Counted from the first letter of the stretch, positions 10,473-20,942 are shown. The stretch is 64,000 bases of DNA from Candidatus Melainabacteria bacterium 17Bon1m (GCA_032128875.1 JAVLKG010000004.1:256001-320000), one strand, 5' to 3'. The notes: generated from the sequence alone by a model not told the origin. Made by a program: numbers and translations.

Positions 10473-12392
10473 TTATTTATCTGCTTTTAGAACAACCATC
10501 GAAAGTGGTGGCAATGTAATTGAGATTGAATAAGGATGACCGTGGTGCTGCCACTCGTCACTATGCAATCCGCCGAAGTTACCCAGTCCGCTGCCACCAT
10601 AATCGGAGGCATCGCTGTTGAGTATTTCGCGATAGAAGGCATGTGATTGCACGCCTATACGGTAGTTGTAGCGCGGCACCGGTGTGAAATTGCAAGCGAC
10701 TACAACTGTTTCGCCAGGCGCTTGTCCTTGTCTGGAGTAGGCAAGAATGCATTGGTCATGATCTTGACAGTCAATCCATGAAAAACCGCGAGGGTCGCAA
10801 TCGAGTTCGAACAGCGCCGGATTTTCTTTGTAGACCCGATTGAGGTCCGACACCCAACGTTGCATACCTGCGTGCAGCGGGTATTCGAGCAAATGCCAAT
10901 CGAGGCTTTGTGCGTCGTTCCACTCAATCCATTGTCCGAATTCGCCGCCCATAAAGAGCAATTTTTTGCCGGGCAAAGTCCATTGATAGCCTAGCAACAG
11001 GCGCAAGTTAGCAAACTTTTGCCAGTGGTCGCCGGGCATCTTGTTCAGCAACGAGCACTTTCCGTGCACTACTTCATCGTGAGAGAGCGGCATTACGAAG
11101 TTTTCTGAAAACTGATAAAGACCGCGGAAAGTGAGATTGTTGTGGTGATAACGGCGATAAATGGGATCGAGCGCCATGTACTTGAGCGTGTCGTTCATCC
11201 AGCCCATGTCCCACTTGAGGCCAAAACCGAGACCACCTAGGTAAGTAGGTCTAGCCACTTGCGGCCAGGCTGTCGATTCTTCGGCAATCATCAGCGCGTG
11301 ATCGTATTTGCTGTAAACGACTTCATTCAGAGTACGCAAAAGTGAAATAGCTTCGAGGTTTTCTCTGCCGCCAAAATCGTTGGCGACCCACTCGCCGTCT
11401 TTACGAGCGTAGTTGAGATAGAGCATCGAGGCTACAGCATCGACTCTCAGTCCATCAATGTGATACTTGTCGAACCAGAAAAGCGCATTGCTGATGAGGA
11501 AGTTTCTTACTTCGTGGCGTCCGAAGTTGAATACGTATGTGCCCCACTCGTGGTGCATGCCCTGACGCGGGTCTGCGTGTTCATAAAGATGTGAGCCGTC
11601 GAAAAGTCCCAGACCGTGTCCATCTTTCGGAAAGTGTGCGGGCACCCAATCGAGAATCACGCCAATGCCTGCTTGATGCAATTTGTCGACGAGGAACATA
11701 AAATCTTCTGGTGTTCCAAATCTGCTGGTGGCGGCAAAGTAGCCTGTGATTTGATAACCCCACGACATATCGAGCGGGTGCTCTGCAACCGGCAAAAATT
11801 CGACGTGCGTGAAACCTGTGTTTTCCAAGTATGCAACGAGCTTGTCTGCGAGTTCTCGGTAAGTCAGCCAGCGGTTTTCTTCTTCTGGCACCAGCATCCA
11901 TGAGCCGAGGTGCACTTCGTAAATGGAGATTGGAGCATCGAGCCCGTTACGCTTCTTGCGCTCCTTTACCCATTTTTCATCGTTCCATTTATATTTGTCG
12001 AGGTCGTAAACGATTGATGCTGTTTTCGGTCTGACTTCATTGAAGAAGCCAAACGGATCAACCTTTTCTGCACCGCCGATTGCATCTGAGGAGATGTGAT
12101 ACTTATACAGCGTGCCTTCCAGCAACCCTGGAATGAATAGAGTCCAAACTCCTGAGCCGCTCATCATTGACATTTTGTTGGCGGACGAATCCCATTTGTT
12201 AAAGTCGCCAATGACGGAAACAGCTTTGGCATTTGGCGCCCAGACAGCAAAGTGCGTGCCTTCTTTTCCGTTGACGGTCGCTTTGTGCGCGCCCATCTTT
12301 TCGTAGATTTTGTAGTTGGTCCCCTCACCAAACAGATGCAAATCGAAGTCTGTGATGATTGGTTCTGAATCCTTTAGCTCTTTTGTAGACAC
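10473..12392 (-). CDS. glgB: 1,4-alpha-glucan branching enzyme
   Basis: FAVWAPNA, IYEVHLGSW, SWGYQ, ILDWVPAHFP, DGLRVDAVASM, IAEESTAWP, LSHDEVVHGK. Confidence 0.97.
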   Translation of the reverse strand: MSTKELKDSEPIITDFDLHLFGEGTNYKIYEKMGAHKATVNGKEGTHFAVWAPNAKAVSVIGDFNKWDSSANKMSMMSGSGVWTLFIPGLLEGTLYKYHISSDAIGGAEKVDPFGFFNEVRPKTASIVYDLDKYKWNDEKWVKERKKRNGLDAPISIYEVHLGSWMLVPEEENRWLTYRELADKLVAYLENTGFTHVEFLPVAEHPLDMSWGYQITGYFAATSRFGTPEDFMFLVDKLHQAGIGVILDWVPAHFPKDGHGLGLFDGSHLYEHADPRQGMHHEWGTYVFNFGRHEVRNFLISNALFWFDKYHIDGLRVDAVASMLYLNYARKDGEWVANDFGGRENLEAISLLRTLNEVVYSKYDHALMIAEESTAWPQVARPTYLGGLGFGLKWDMGWMNDTLKYMALDPIYRRYHHNNLTFRGLYQFSENFVMPLSHDEVVHGKCSLLNKMPGDHWQKFANLRLLLGYQWTLPGKKLLFMGGEFGQWIEWNDAQSLDWHLLEYPLHAGMQRWVSDLNRVYKENPALFELDCDPRGFSWIDCQDHDQCILAYSRQGQAPGETVVVACNFTPVPRYNYRIGVQSHAFYREILNSDASDYGGSGLGNFGGLHSDEWQHHGHPYSISITLPPLSMVVLKADK

Positions 12393-12488
12393 TCTTTCAT
12401 CTCTCTAAAATTCCAATGCGGCTTATTTTCGCATGTAAGCCGCGCCAATAGTGGAATTGGCGTGTTTTTGCCGTAATAAGAAGTCACG

Positions 12489-13325
12489 TCAAGCAGTTGC
12501 TGTAGCCAATACTGATGACATCGGTATCTTGACCTCGCCCGCATCCTTGTATTCAGCGGCACAGGCGGCTATGGCTGTCTTGATTGCTGTCAGCTTGTCT
12601 TCTTCCTGCGCCCGTAAAAGTCCGCCGGTTCTTGGCGTGCCGGTGAAAAATGCGTAAAAGAGGTCTTCTTCCCTTTTCAAGACCCATGTCATTCTGATTT
12701 CTTGAATTTTGACCGATTTAAAACCAGCCTCAAGCAAGGACTTTCGCATCTCTGCGTGGTCTGAAAACCGGAAGAAAGGGGGACCAACCGGGATTGGCAC
12801 ACTAGAATCGCCATATTGATTGACGGAATCGACCACACGCTTGAATGCGACTGCTTTATCAGGCGTCGACCAAACGGTGAGGGCGAATTTCCCGCCCGGG
12901 CTTGTCACCCGAAAAGCTTCCTTTAATGCCTTTTCCGGCTGTTCTAAATGCAAAAGTCCGAAATTCATTGTCACGAAATCGAAGCTCTTGTCCGCAAAAG
13001 TGAGCGCCTCCGCGTCTCCTTCTTGAAAATCTATGCCTGAGTAAAGCGACTTGGCGCGCTCGACCATTTCATTCGAGAAGTCAACAGCCGTGACTAGATA
13101 TCCTTTCTGTCGAGCGGATTCGGCTACATATCCTGGCCCTGTCGCGATATCCAGAAGTTTGCAGCCTTGATTTTGCCCGCTTGCTCCAAGCGAATTGAGC
13201 ATGGGCTCTATTGTTTGCCGCGTCAGCGAGCCAAAATGGTCATGGTAGCCGCCGGCCACGGCTTCCCAGCCCTCATGCTCGAATTCCTTGAAGGTCTGAT
13301 TTTTAAGGTTGTTCTGATTTGTCAT
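12489..13325 (-). CDS. Class I SAM-dependent methyltransferase
   Basis: LLDIATGPG motif I, GDAEALTFADKSFD, RVTSPGG. Confidence 0.9.
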   Translation of the reverse strand: MTNQNNLKNQTFKEFEHEGWEAVAGGYHDHFGSLTRQTIEPMLNSLGASGQNQGCKLLDIATGPGYVAESARQKGYLVTAVDFSNEMVERAKSLYSGIDFQEGDAEALTFADKSFDFVTMNFGLLHLEQPEKALKEAFRVTSPGGKFALTVWSTPDKAVAFKRVVDSVNQYGDSSVPIPVGPPFFRFSDHAEMRKSLLEAGFKSVKIQEIRMTWVLKREEDLFYAFFTGTPRTGGLLRAQEEDKLTAIKTAIAACAAEYKDAGEVKIPMSSVLATATA

Positions 13326-13528
13326 GCCTGAAGAACCGGTCCTAATTGGTGACTTGGCGCTTTCACGGAAATTTCAGTCGAGTGCCCCATACTTATAGAA
13401 CAGACGTCCCTTCTCGGGTCATCCTTTAAGAGGCGCGACGTCCTTACTAGTCTTTCGGGAACCCCACGACCGAACTCCGGGTCTCAAATCATATAGGCAA
13501 CCCCGGTAGTGCGGCAAAGAAGGTAAAA

Positions 13529-13606
13529 ATGAAGAAGCAGATTATGTTTGTAGGCATCTACACATTGTTCTTGGTAGCCATGCTTCGGAATTTTCTTCCT
13601 CAGTAG
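13529..13606 (+). CDS. Candidate small hydrophobic peptide (25 aa)
   Basis: Manual translation MKKQIMFVGIYTLFLVAMLRNFLPQ; AAGAAGGT RBS-like sequence upstream. Confidence 0.4.
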   Translation: MKKQIMFVGIYTLFLVAMLRNFLPQ

Positions 13607-13680
13607 TTTCAGGTTACTAGAAGTTTTCTATGTGACGGCCCGGTCGCGTGGTATTTGAGCGAGCGCAGCGCTTTCCCGTG

Positions 13681-14574
13681 CTAGACGTCTTCTGCTTCCA
13701 GAATTTTGCGGGCTTCTTGCAATTTCAACTTACGCGCCTTGTCCACTGTCGGATACGCAAGGTCTAAACCGCGCAATGTGTTGCCGACCAGGTGTGCCAC
13801 CACAAGACGTGTAAATGGTTTGTAGTCTGCCGGCACGATATGCCACGGGGCCCATGTGGTGCTGGTCGCGCTCAACGCTTCGTCATAAGCTTGTATGTAC
13901 TGCTTCCAGTGTTCGCGCTCTGATACATCGCTCATCGCGAATTTCCAATTTTTCTCCGGCTTATCTATGCGCTCTAAGAAGCGCTTCAGCTGTTCTTCCT
14001 TCGAGACGTGCAGGAAGATCTTCAGCACGATGATGCCGTTTTCGACTAAATACTTCTCGAAGTTATTGATTTGCTCAAAACGTTGTTTCCAAAGGTTTTT
14101 CAAATTGGTGGTCGGCGGCAATTTTTGTCGCACAATCAATTCTGGATGAACACGAGCGATCAAGACTTCCTCGTAATAGGATCGATTGAAGATGCCGATG
14201 CGGCCCTTCTCCGGGAGAGCTTTCGAGCAACGCCATAGATAGTCGTGATCGAGCTCTTCATCAGAAGGTGGTTTGAAACTCGTTACCTGGCAGCCTTGAG
14301 GATTCAAACCCGACATTACGTGTTTTATGGTGCCATCTTTGCCTGCCGCGTCCATCGCTTGAATAATTACGAGCAGACCGTAGATGTCTTGCGCGTACAG
14401 TTTGTCTTGCAATTCAGCAAGTTCGATGATGCCGTCGGAAAGCATCTCGCGCGCATTTACTTTATTGAGACTCTCTGGACGATAGCTTGGATCGTAGTCT
14501 TTGCTGAGCGAGATTTTTTTGCCGGGCGGTACTTGAATCTTTTTGAGGAGTTTCTGCTCTTCGCCCTTTTTCAT
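13681..14574 (-). CDS. ppk2: Polyphosphate kinase 2 family (class III-like)
   Basis: QAMDAAGKDG Walker A, NPQG, HDYLWR, FNRSYYE, KNWKF. Confidence 0.93.
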   Translation of the reverse strand: MKKGEEQKLLKKIQVPPGKKISLSKDYDPSYRPESLNKVNAREMLSDGIIELAELQDKLYAQDIYGLLVIIQAMDAAGKDGTIKHVMSGLNPQGCQVTSFKPPSDEELDHDYLWRCSKALPEKGRIGIFNRSYYEEVLIARVHPELIVRQKLPPTTNLKNLWKQRFEQINNFEKYLVENGIIVLKIFLHVSKEEQLKRFLERIDKPEKNWKFAMSDVSEREHWKQYIQAYDEALSATSTTWAPWHIVPADYKPFTRLVVAHLVGNTLRGLDLAYPTVDKARKLKLQEARKILEAEDV

Positions 14575-14618
14575 CGCTTCAATTCCTCAAGTGTCTGATT
14601 GTTCGTGAGTGCGCTGCG

Positions 14619-15632
14619 TCAATAGGACCAGCGCATCAAAGCTGCACCAGCACTAAATCCTGCTCCCACCGAAGCGAACAATACCAGCGAGCCCTTCTTC
14701 AAGCGTCCATCAGCCAAAGCTGATTGCAAGGCAAGCGGAAGAGTTCCTGCTGTAGTGTTGCCGTACTCATCGATGTTTACGACAACTTTGTCCATGTCCA
14801 GACCGATGCGTTCTGCAGAGTAGGTGATGATGCGAAGATTGGCTTGGTGAGGGACAAAAAGGTCAACGTCTTTGCCTGTCAGTCCGTTGCGCTCGAGCAG
14901 TTTTAAACACAGCTCTGACATTTTTCTGGTGGCGAATTTGAATACGACTTGTCCGTCTTGATGGACAAAGTGCATTCTCTTTTCCAAGGTATCTGCACTG
15001 GCCGGATTGCGGCTGCCACCCCCCGGCAGGCAGAGAGCCGGACCGCCTGAGCCGTCGACTTCATAGATGTAGTCGATCATTCCTGGGGTTTCACCATCTT
15101 CGGTGCGCTGTACGACAGCCGCGCCGCCACCATCACCAAATATGATGCAGGTGGTACGGTCAGTGTAATCAATGATTGACGACATTACGTCAAGACCGAT
15201 TACCAGAACATTTTTGTGTGCGCCGGTGGTGACGAATTGGCAAGCAATCTGCAATGCGTACAGGAAGCCGGAGCATGCGATCGAAATGTCGAAGCCCCAG
15301 GCACCGGTGGCGCCGATTTTGTCTTGCACCAGGCAGGCAGTTGCCGGCAGTATCATATCCGGTGTTATGGTGGCAACAATAATAAGCTCGATGTCGGTTG
15401 GTTTGAGTCCAGCCTTTTCGATGGCTTGAATGGCAGCTTCCGCCGCCAAATCAGAAGTGGCAATGCCCTTGTCGGCAAGGTGTCGCTGTTTGATGCCGGT
15501 TCTTTCCGTAATCCACTGGTCGGTGGTATCGACCATTTTCTCCAGGTCGTTGTTCGTTAACAGACCAGGTGGAACGGCAGTTCCGATTGAGACGATTTTT
15601 GCAGCGTATGGACTCTTTAAAGCAGGCGCCAT
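14619..15632 (-). CDS. fabH: 3-oxoacyl-ACP synthase III
   Basis: DTTDQWITERTGI, ACSGF (Cys), FGDGGGA, PHQANLRI (His), YGNT (Asn). Confidence 0.95.
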   Translation of the reverse strand: MAPALKSPYAAKIVSIGTAVPPGLLTNNDLEKMVDTTDQWITERTGIKQRHLADKGIATSDLAAEAAIQAIEKAGLKPTDIELIIVATITPDMILPATACLVQDKIGATGAWGFDISIACSGFLYALQIACQFVTTGAHKNVLVIGLDVMSSIIDYTDRTTCIIFGDGGGAAVVQRTEDGETPGMIDYIYEVDGSGGPALCLPGGGSRNPASADTLEKRMHFVHQDGQVVFKFATRKMSELCLKLLERNGLTGKDVDLFVPHQANLRIITYSAERIGLDMDKVVVNIDEYGNTTAGTLPLALQSALADGRLKKGSLVLFASVGAGFSAGAALMRWSY

Positions 15633-15846
15633 TTCTTACCTCGGAACGCTTTATTAGGCTCTTGAAAGGGTCGCTCGGCGCGGCAAAGTAAGTGCCCGCT
15701 AAGCAACTGGGTCATCTATTTTAGGGGATCAGCCCGGACCTTTTAATCACTTTGCGAAGCCGACTTCACAAGCCCATATGGCAAACATGTTTTCTTTTGG
15801 CGCTAAATTGCTCCTATTTCCCTGACCGGCGCCGCATAAAGCGAAA

Positions 15847-15870
15847 TGCGGCCCTTATTAAAGGACCGCA
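15847..15870 (-). terminator. Probable terminator hairpin downstream of 15895..16431
   Basis: TGCGGTCCTT-taat-AAGGGCCGCA followed by TTT on the minus strand. Confidence 0.45.
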
Positions 15871-15894
15871 AAACTTACTCAAGCTTCCGAATTT

Positions 15895-16431
15895 TTAAGC
15901 CTGGGCGACTTTGCGGAAGTTAAGGTTTTCCGGCATCAAGCTGCTTGTCTGAATTCGAGCGCTCAATGACGTTTTTGGGATGTGCACGTCCGGTTGTGCC
16001 TTGGTCTCTTCGATTTCCGGTCCGGTCATCTTGTTGTGGATGTAGCCCGAAAGTACTCCCACGCCCAATCCGACAAGTTTTGCGTATGGGCTGCCGCCAG
16101 AAAGAACATATTTGCCGAGCAAACTATAGCCAGCCCAGCCGCCTACCGTCATTCCTGCCCCGACACCCAAACTCTTCAATCCGTTGAAGATGCTTTTGGC
16201 GCGTAGGTCTTGCTCGTTGTTGTGGATAATAAATTCGTCCTCTTTCTCTTCGACAAAGGCTCCCCGTCTGGTTCCATAGAGGCTGTCGTCGACTGTATAT
16301 TTCTTGGCGATTGCCTGCCAATCTTCTAGTTGGACGTCTTTGATAAGGTCTTTGGCTTCCCGGTGGGTGACAATGTCATCACCCTTCGCCTTGTCGAACA
16401 AGGCTATGGCTGCGTTATCAGCTTCGCTCAT
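15895..16431 (-). CDS. Hypothetical protein with acidic N-terminus and Gly-rich hydrophobic hairpin
   Basis: 178 aa; GAGG RBS; LGVGAGMTVGGWAGY...LVGLGVGVLSGY. Confidence 0.65.
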   Translation of the reverse strand: MSEADNAAIALFDKAKGDDIVTHREAKDLIKDVQLEDWQAIAKKYTVDDSLYGTRRGAFVEEKEDEFIIHNNEQDLRAKSIFNGLKSLGVGAGMTVGGWAGYSLLGKYVLSGGSPYAKLVGLGVGVLSGYIHNKMTGPEIEETKAQPDVHIPKTSLSARIQTSSLMPENLNFRKVAQA

Positions 16432-16652
16432 GGCGGGACCTCAAATTGTGCTGCAAGGGATGCTTAACAATATCTCAGCTCACCGCCTGCCGTCAGTGGG
16501 GAATTTACGAAGCGATGCTTAATCCTCCCGCCTTTTTCGAGGACATTTCTATTTTCGGCTGAAACGCGAGCCGGACAAGCTTTTCGCCCGAGGGGTGACG
16601 GCGTGCTGAAATGTCCTGATATAGTGGATTTTAACCAGCTCAGTGATCCCAA

Positions 16653-18011
16653 ATGCCCAACACAAGCGCTCATGAGAGAGGCAAGGCTGCTTATGCCGCC
16701 GGGCGTTACCTCGAAGCCAATGATGAATACACGCTTGCTGCAGAAGAGATGGCGCAAACCGGTGCGTCCGTTTTAGAAAAGCTCGCTTGTGCTGCGGATC
16801 ATGGGCGAACGCTTCGGCGACTCGGGCGATATGAAAAGGCTGAGTCGGCACTGAAGGCTGCTTTGGATACGTTGCTTTCGTCAGACACCGATTGCGATGT
16901 CTCGAAAGCCAATGCGCTGGAAGAATTAGGGCTAGTCTATATTGAGCAAGCTCGTTTCGAGGATGCTGAAAAGTCCCTGCAGGAAGCACTTTCGATTCGC
17001 AAGGCAAAGCTGGACGAGAATCATGCGGACATGGCCGAATCCTTCAATGATCTAGGTCTTCTCGAATGGAGCCGTGGCGAGGATGCCAAAGCACTGGAGT
17101 TTTACCTGAAGGCGTTGACCATGCGCCGAAAGTCGGTTGGCGAGAAAGACGCCGCATATGCTGAAACGCTCGACAATCTGGGCGCGTTGTACCAAAGGAC
17201 AGATCGCCTGGATGATGCTGAGAAAGCTCATGCTGATGCGCTTTCCATTCGTGAGGCCACTTTGGGTGTTGAACATCCCGAGGTGGGCTACAGCCTGGTC
17301 AACCTTGCCGAGGTCAATCGAAGGAATAATCGCCCCGAAAAGGTCCAGCAGCTATTGGAGCGGGCTATTCAAATTTGGACGAAAAGTCTTGGCGAGGAAC
17401 ACCATCATCTGGCGGTCGCAATCAACAATCTCGGCGGATATTACCTGGAACTCGAAAAATTCGATCAAGCCGCGCCGCTCTTCGAGCGCGCTCTCTCCAT
17501 TCTCGAGAATGCTTTGGGCGCGTCCAATCCCGCACTGATTATTCATGTCTACAATCTTTCTACTGTATATAAGGTTCAGCGCCGTATTAAGGAAGCGATG
17601 GAGCTGGAAGAACGAGCCCACGCTTTGATATTGAAGAAGCTGAGCACGGAGGGCAATTCCGGCACGCAAAACCTGCTCCTTCACGCTCATAGTCTGCAAG
17701 TCGACAATCAGTATGAAAAGGCGCATGGTTATTTGCTTCAAGCCCTGGCAATAGCCGAATCAGAATTCGGCAAACATAGCCTTCGTGCCGCGCACATTCT
17801 GGACTTTCTCGGGACCAACAGCTTAAAAATGAAAGATGCCAATCAATCGGCACAGTATTTCACTCGTAGTCTGTCTATAAAACGCGCACTGCTGCCCGAT
17901 GGACACGAAGACCTCGCCGCCACCGAGCAGAATTTGAAATTTCTCGCTGCGCTGAAAGGCGATAAGACCGCGATGAATATGTTCTTTCCGCCGGATGAGA
18001 GTTTGAATTAA
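16653..18011 (+). CDS. Tetratricopeptide repeat protein (kinesin-light-chain-like 42-aa repeats)
   Basis: Repeated HxxxAxxxNNLG...Y...A...RALxIxE units. Confidence 0.9.
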   Translation: MPNTSAHERGKAAYAAGRYLEANDEYTLAAEEMAQTGASVLEKLACAADHGRTLRRLGRYEKAESALKAALDTLLSSDTDCDVSKANALEELGLVYIEQARFEDAEKSLQEALSIRKAKLDENHADMAESFNDLGLLEWSRGEDAKALEFYLKALTMRRKSVGEKDAAYAETLDNLGALYQRTDRLDDAEKAHADALSIREATLGVEHPEVGYSLVNLAEVNRRNNRPEKVQQLLERAIQIWTKSLGEEHHHLAVAINNLGGYYLELEKFDQAAPLFERALSILENALGASNPALIIHVYNLSTVYKVQRRIKEAMELEERAHALILKKLSTEGNSGTQNLLLHAHSLQVDNQYEKAHGYLLQALAIAESEFGKHSLRAAHILDFLGTNSLKMKDANQSAQYFTRSLSIKRALLPDGHEDLAATEQNLKFLAALKGDKTAMNMFFPPDESLN

Positions 18012-18123
18012 ACGAAAGATCCAGGGGTTTTTCCTGTGGTTTTTGCATGTCTCAAATTCAAAAATAGATAGTAGGAATCAGTAGTTCGTTTGGTTACTAC
18101 AGTCACGCCGTAGGAGAGCAGCC

Positions 18124-19014
18124 ATGGCCAGTGGTCGTTCGAAGAATCCGTTTGCGCATATTCTCAGATTTGTCTATTTCACACTTTCCGCTTGCAGCCT
18201 TGTCTGGATGCTTGCAAGTTATGGTGGCGTGAACTTTCTTTCCACAATGATTCTCTTGCCTGCGTTTGGTTATCTTGCGCTGCATCTCATTTCACTAATC
18301 AACGTAGTGAAAAAAGACAAATTCCTTGTCGGCAGCTCGGTTGACGTGCTCAGTCTCGGCGCGCAAAAAATGATTCACAGAATCGGACTGATCTTGCCGC
18401 TTCCGATTCTTCTTTATGTCGCCACCTTTGGACTCTGTGTCTTTACATACAATGAGGCTGATGCGACCAGCACCGCTCGTGTCAATGAATTCTCTGGGTG
18501 CGAACAGGCTATGTTTGGCAAATCAGTTATCTGGCGCTATCTAAGTGATCGAGCGATTTGCAGAATGCCCGAAGTCACAGCTGCAGCAGTTGCTTTAGAA
18601 CCTGTCCCTGCCGAACCCGCCGCAGCAGCCGAGCCTGTGGATAATGTTCGTGGTGACATCGATTATCAACCCTGGATGAATGATCTGGAAAAAAGAGTCA
18701 AGCGCTCGTGGTTTCCACCAAAATGCAGCGAAAGTGAACATGCCACAGTTGCTTTCAAAGTCTCGCGTAATGGACATGTTTCCGAACTCAAGATCATCTC
18801 TCACTCTTCAACGAAATTTTCTGATGAAGCCGCGCTTAAAGCTGTGAAAAATGCACAGCCATTCCGCCCGCTTCCTGAAGGCTCCAGTGAAAAAGTCGAT
18901 GTCGAGTTTTCTTTTAACTACAACGTTCTTCACGCGGACGACACTGTGGACACCGACGAGACTCGCGATCAGTTCACATCGTACGGTATCGAATCACAGA
19001 CTATTTCAAACTAG
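18124..19014 (+). CDS. Membrane protein with TonB/TolA C-terminal domain
   Basis: Three N-terminal TM segments; VKRSWFPP...VAFKVSRNG...SS...DEAALKAVKNAQPFRPLP. Confidence 0.85.
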   Translation: MASGRSKNPFAHILRFVYFTLSACSLVWMLASYGGVNFLSTMILLPAFGYLALHLISLINVVKKDKFLVGSSVDVLSLGAQKMIHRIGLILPLPILLYVATFGLCVFTYNEADATSTARVNEFSGCEQAMFGKSVIWRYLSDRAICRMPEVTAAAVALEPVPAEPAAAAEPVDNVRGDIDYQPWMNDLEKRVKRSWFPPKCSESEHATVAFKVSRNGHVSELKIISHSSTKFSDEAALKAVKNAQPFRPLPEGSSEKVDVEFSFNYNVLHADDTVDTDETRDQFTSYGIESQTISN

Positions 19015-19021
19015 CTAATCA

Positions 19022-19600
19022 CTAATTCGCCGAAGAAATCTTCTTAAGGGTGGCAATCGCTTCAGTCACGTGCTTCTCGCCTTCCATTTGAGAGTTGAAT
19101 ACGTGTTTGACGATGCCATTCTTGTCGATGACGTATGTAACTCGGCCAGGAATGACACCCATGGTTGAAGGTACACCATACACTTTTCTCAACTTGCCAC
19201 CATCATCGGACAGCAATGTATAAGGCAGCTTATGATGTTCGGCAAAGCCTTTGTGCGATTCTTCCGAATCCGAGCTCACACCAATGACCTCAGCTCCAAG
19301 ATCTTTGAATACCTGAAATTGATCGCGGAATGCACATGCTTCTTTTGTGCAAACTGACGTTTCGTCCTTTGGATAAAAGAAAAGGACGACAGATTTTTTG
19401 CCTTTGAAATCGGCGAGATTGACTGTCTTCCCTTCGCCGGATTTAAGAGCAAAATCGGGAGCTGTGTCGCCCACCTTAACCGCGTGAGACTTTGTTTCTT
19501 TCACCTTGGATTCCTCTTTGGCGCCTGCTGAAGGTGCCACGTTGCTCAGCAGCAAAATTGAGGCAAACAGAGTCAGCGAAAGGCTTTTAAAACTGATCAT
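19022..19600 (-). CDS. bcp: Peroxiredoxin, Bcp/PrxQ subfamily, with signal peptide
   Basis: VGDTAPDF, FFYPKDETSVCTKEACAFRD, GVSSDS, RVTYVID. Confidence 0.92.
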   Translation of the reverse strand: MISFKSLSLTLFASILLLSNVAPSAGAKEESKVKETKSHAVKVGDTAPDFALKSGEGKTVNLADFKGKKSVVLFFYPKDETSVCTKEACAFRDQFQVFKDLGAEVIGVSSDSEESHKGFAEHHKLPYTLLSDDGGKLRKVYGVPSTMGVIPGRVTYVIDKNGIVKHVFNSQMEGEKHVTEAIATLKKISSAN

Positions 19601-19646
19601 TGAAGAAACTCCATCTAAGATGGCTAGATCATCGCAGATTTCATCA

Positions 19647-20942
19647 TTAACTGGCTACTGTTTTAAGTGTCGCTTCAAAGTCCTCAATCAATGCTTGAGC
19701 TGCCCGTCGGCCGGCGGACAAAGCACCTTGAATGGAGGCGGTGTCGCGGTGATCTCCGCATACATAGGTGCCCTTTTCAATTCTTGCCGGCTTTTCGACT
19801 TCGCCCAGAGCCGGTACTGAATAGTCCGGCAAGCCTAGCTTGATATTGTACGTGCGCAAGTGAGTCCAATTCCGTACATCCTTTCCGAACCAGGACTCCA
19901 ATTGCGAAACGACTGCTTCACGCAATCCATCGTCAGGAAGGTCGTCACGCCCAACTACGCTGACGCTGATTAAATGTTTGCCTTGAGGTGCATATGATTC
20001 ATTTACATTGCTCGGTACGCATAGATTATTTATTAGTTCTGAGCGTTCACCATTGAGCACCAGTATTGGTGTGCTGAGTGGTGCCTTTTCCGCCGCAAAA
20101 TACAAACACCGCACAGATCGCATCTGTGCCACCATTGATCTCTTCAATAATTTTGCCGACTCGGGGCCTTCTGTCGCAACGACAACGGCATCTGTTTGAA
20201 TAACAGCACCGCCCTCTAGAGTTATCGAGGTGCCATCAATTTCTTCCACTCTGCAGTTCAACTGTATTTTGGCATGTCCAACCTTTTCAGCGAGTTGATT
20301 TGAGATAGCACCCATGCCGCCGGTAGGTATGGTCGTATCGCCGGTTGAGAACATGCGAAATGTGAAGTCGAACATTTTGCATGATGTGTTGAGTGATCTG
20401 TCGAAGAAAACACCGCCGAAAAACGGACGGAAGAAGCGGTCAATAATATTGCTCGAAAAGCCGAATTGTCTAAGTCGCTCTAAAGTGCTCTGTTCTTTTC
20501 TTTCGTAGAGAGCTTTTAAAGAGCCTGCAGTGACATTTTGCCGCAGCTTGCCAATCAGCAATTTGTCTTTGAGTGTTCCAATCGGATTGAGAACAGACTT
20601 CAGGCAATCAGAAGGACGGCGCCAGGGATCTGCAACGGTGTGAAACTCTCCGTTAAAGCGCACCATCGCACCTGGTATGAACGATTTCAGTTTGAGCTTA
20701 TCGTAATCAAGCAATTCGCGCGCTTCCGGATAAGCGGTCAGGAAAACTTGAAATCCGCGGTCCAGCACAAACCCGTCGACGATATCCGAGCGAACTCTGC
20801 CTCCGACACCATCAGATGCTTCCAAGACGGTAAAATCTATGCCGGCTTTCTTCAAGTGATATGCGCACGCCAGACCTGATAGACCGGCGCCAATGATTAC
20901 CGCGTGCGCTGGTCGGTTCATTTTGGATTCCAATATGTTCAT
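19647..20942 (-). CDS. FAD-dependent oxidoreductase (amine oxidase/protoporphyrinogen oxidase-like)
   Basis: IIGAGLSGL, VGGRVRSD, LDRGFQV, CGDH...SIQGALSAGRRAA; start uncertain (20924-20963). Confidence 0.88.
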   Translation of the reverse strand: MNILESKMNRPAHAVIIGAGLSGLACAYHLKKAGIDFTVLEASDGVGGRVRSDIVDGFVLDRGFQVFLTAYPEARELLDYDKLKLKSFIPGAMVRFNGEFHTVADPWRRPSDCLKSVLNPIGTLKDKLLIGKLRQNVTAGSLKALYERKEQSTLERLRQFGFSSNIIDRFFRPFFGGVFFDRSLNTSCKMFDFTFRMFSTGDTTIPTGGMGAISNQLAEKVGHAKIQLNCRVEEIDGTSITLEGGAVIQTDAVVVATEGPESAKLLKRSMVAQMRSVRCLYFAAEKAPLSTPILVLNGERSELINNLCVPSNVNESYAPQGKHLISVSVVGRDDLPDDGLREAVVSQLESWFGKDVRNWTHLRTYNIKLGLPDYSVPALGEVEKPARIEKGTYVCGDHRDTASIQGALSAGRRAAQALIEDFEATLKTVAS

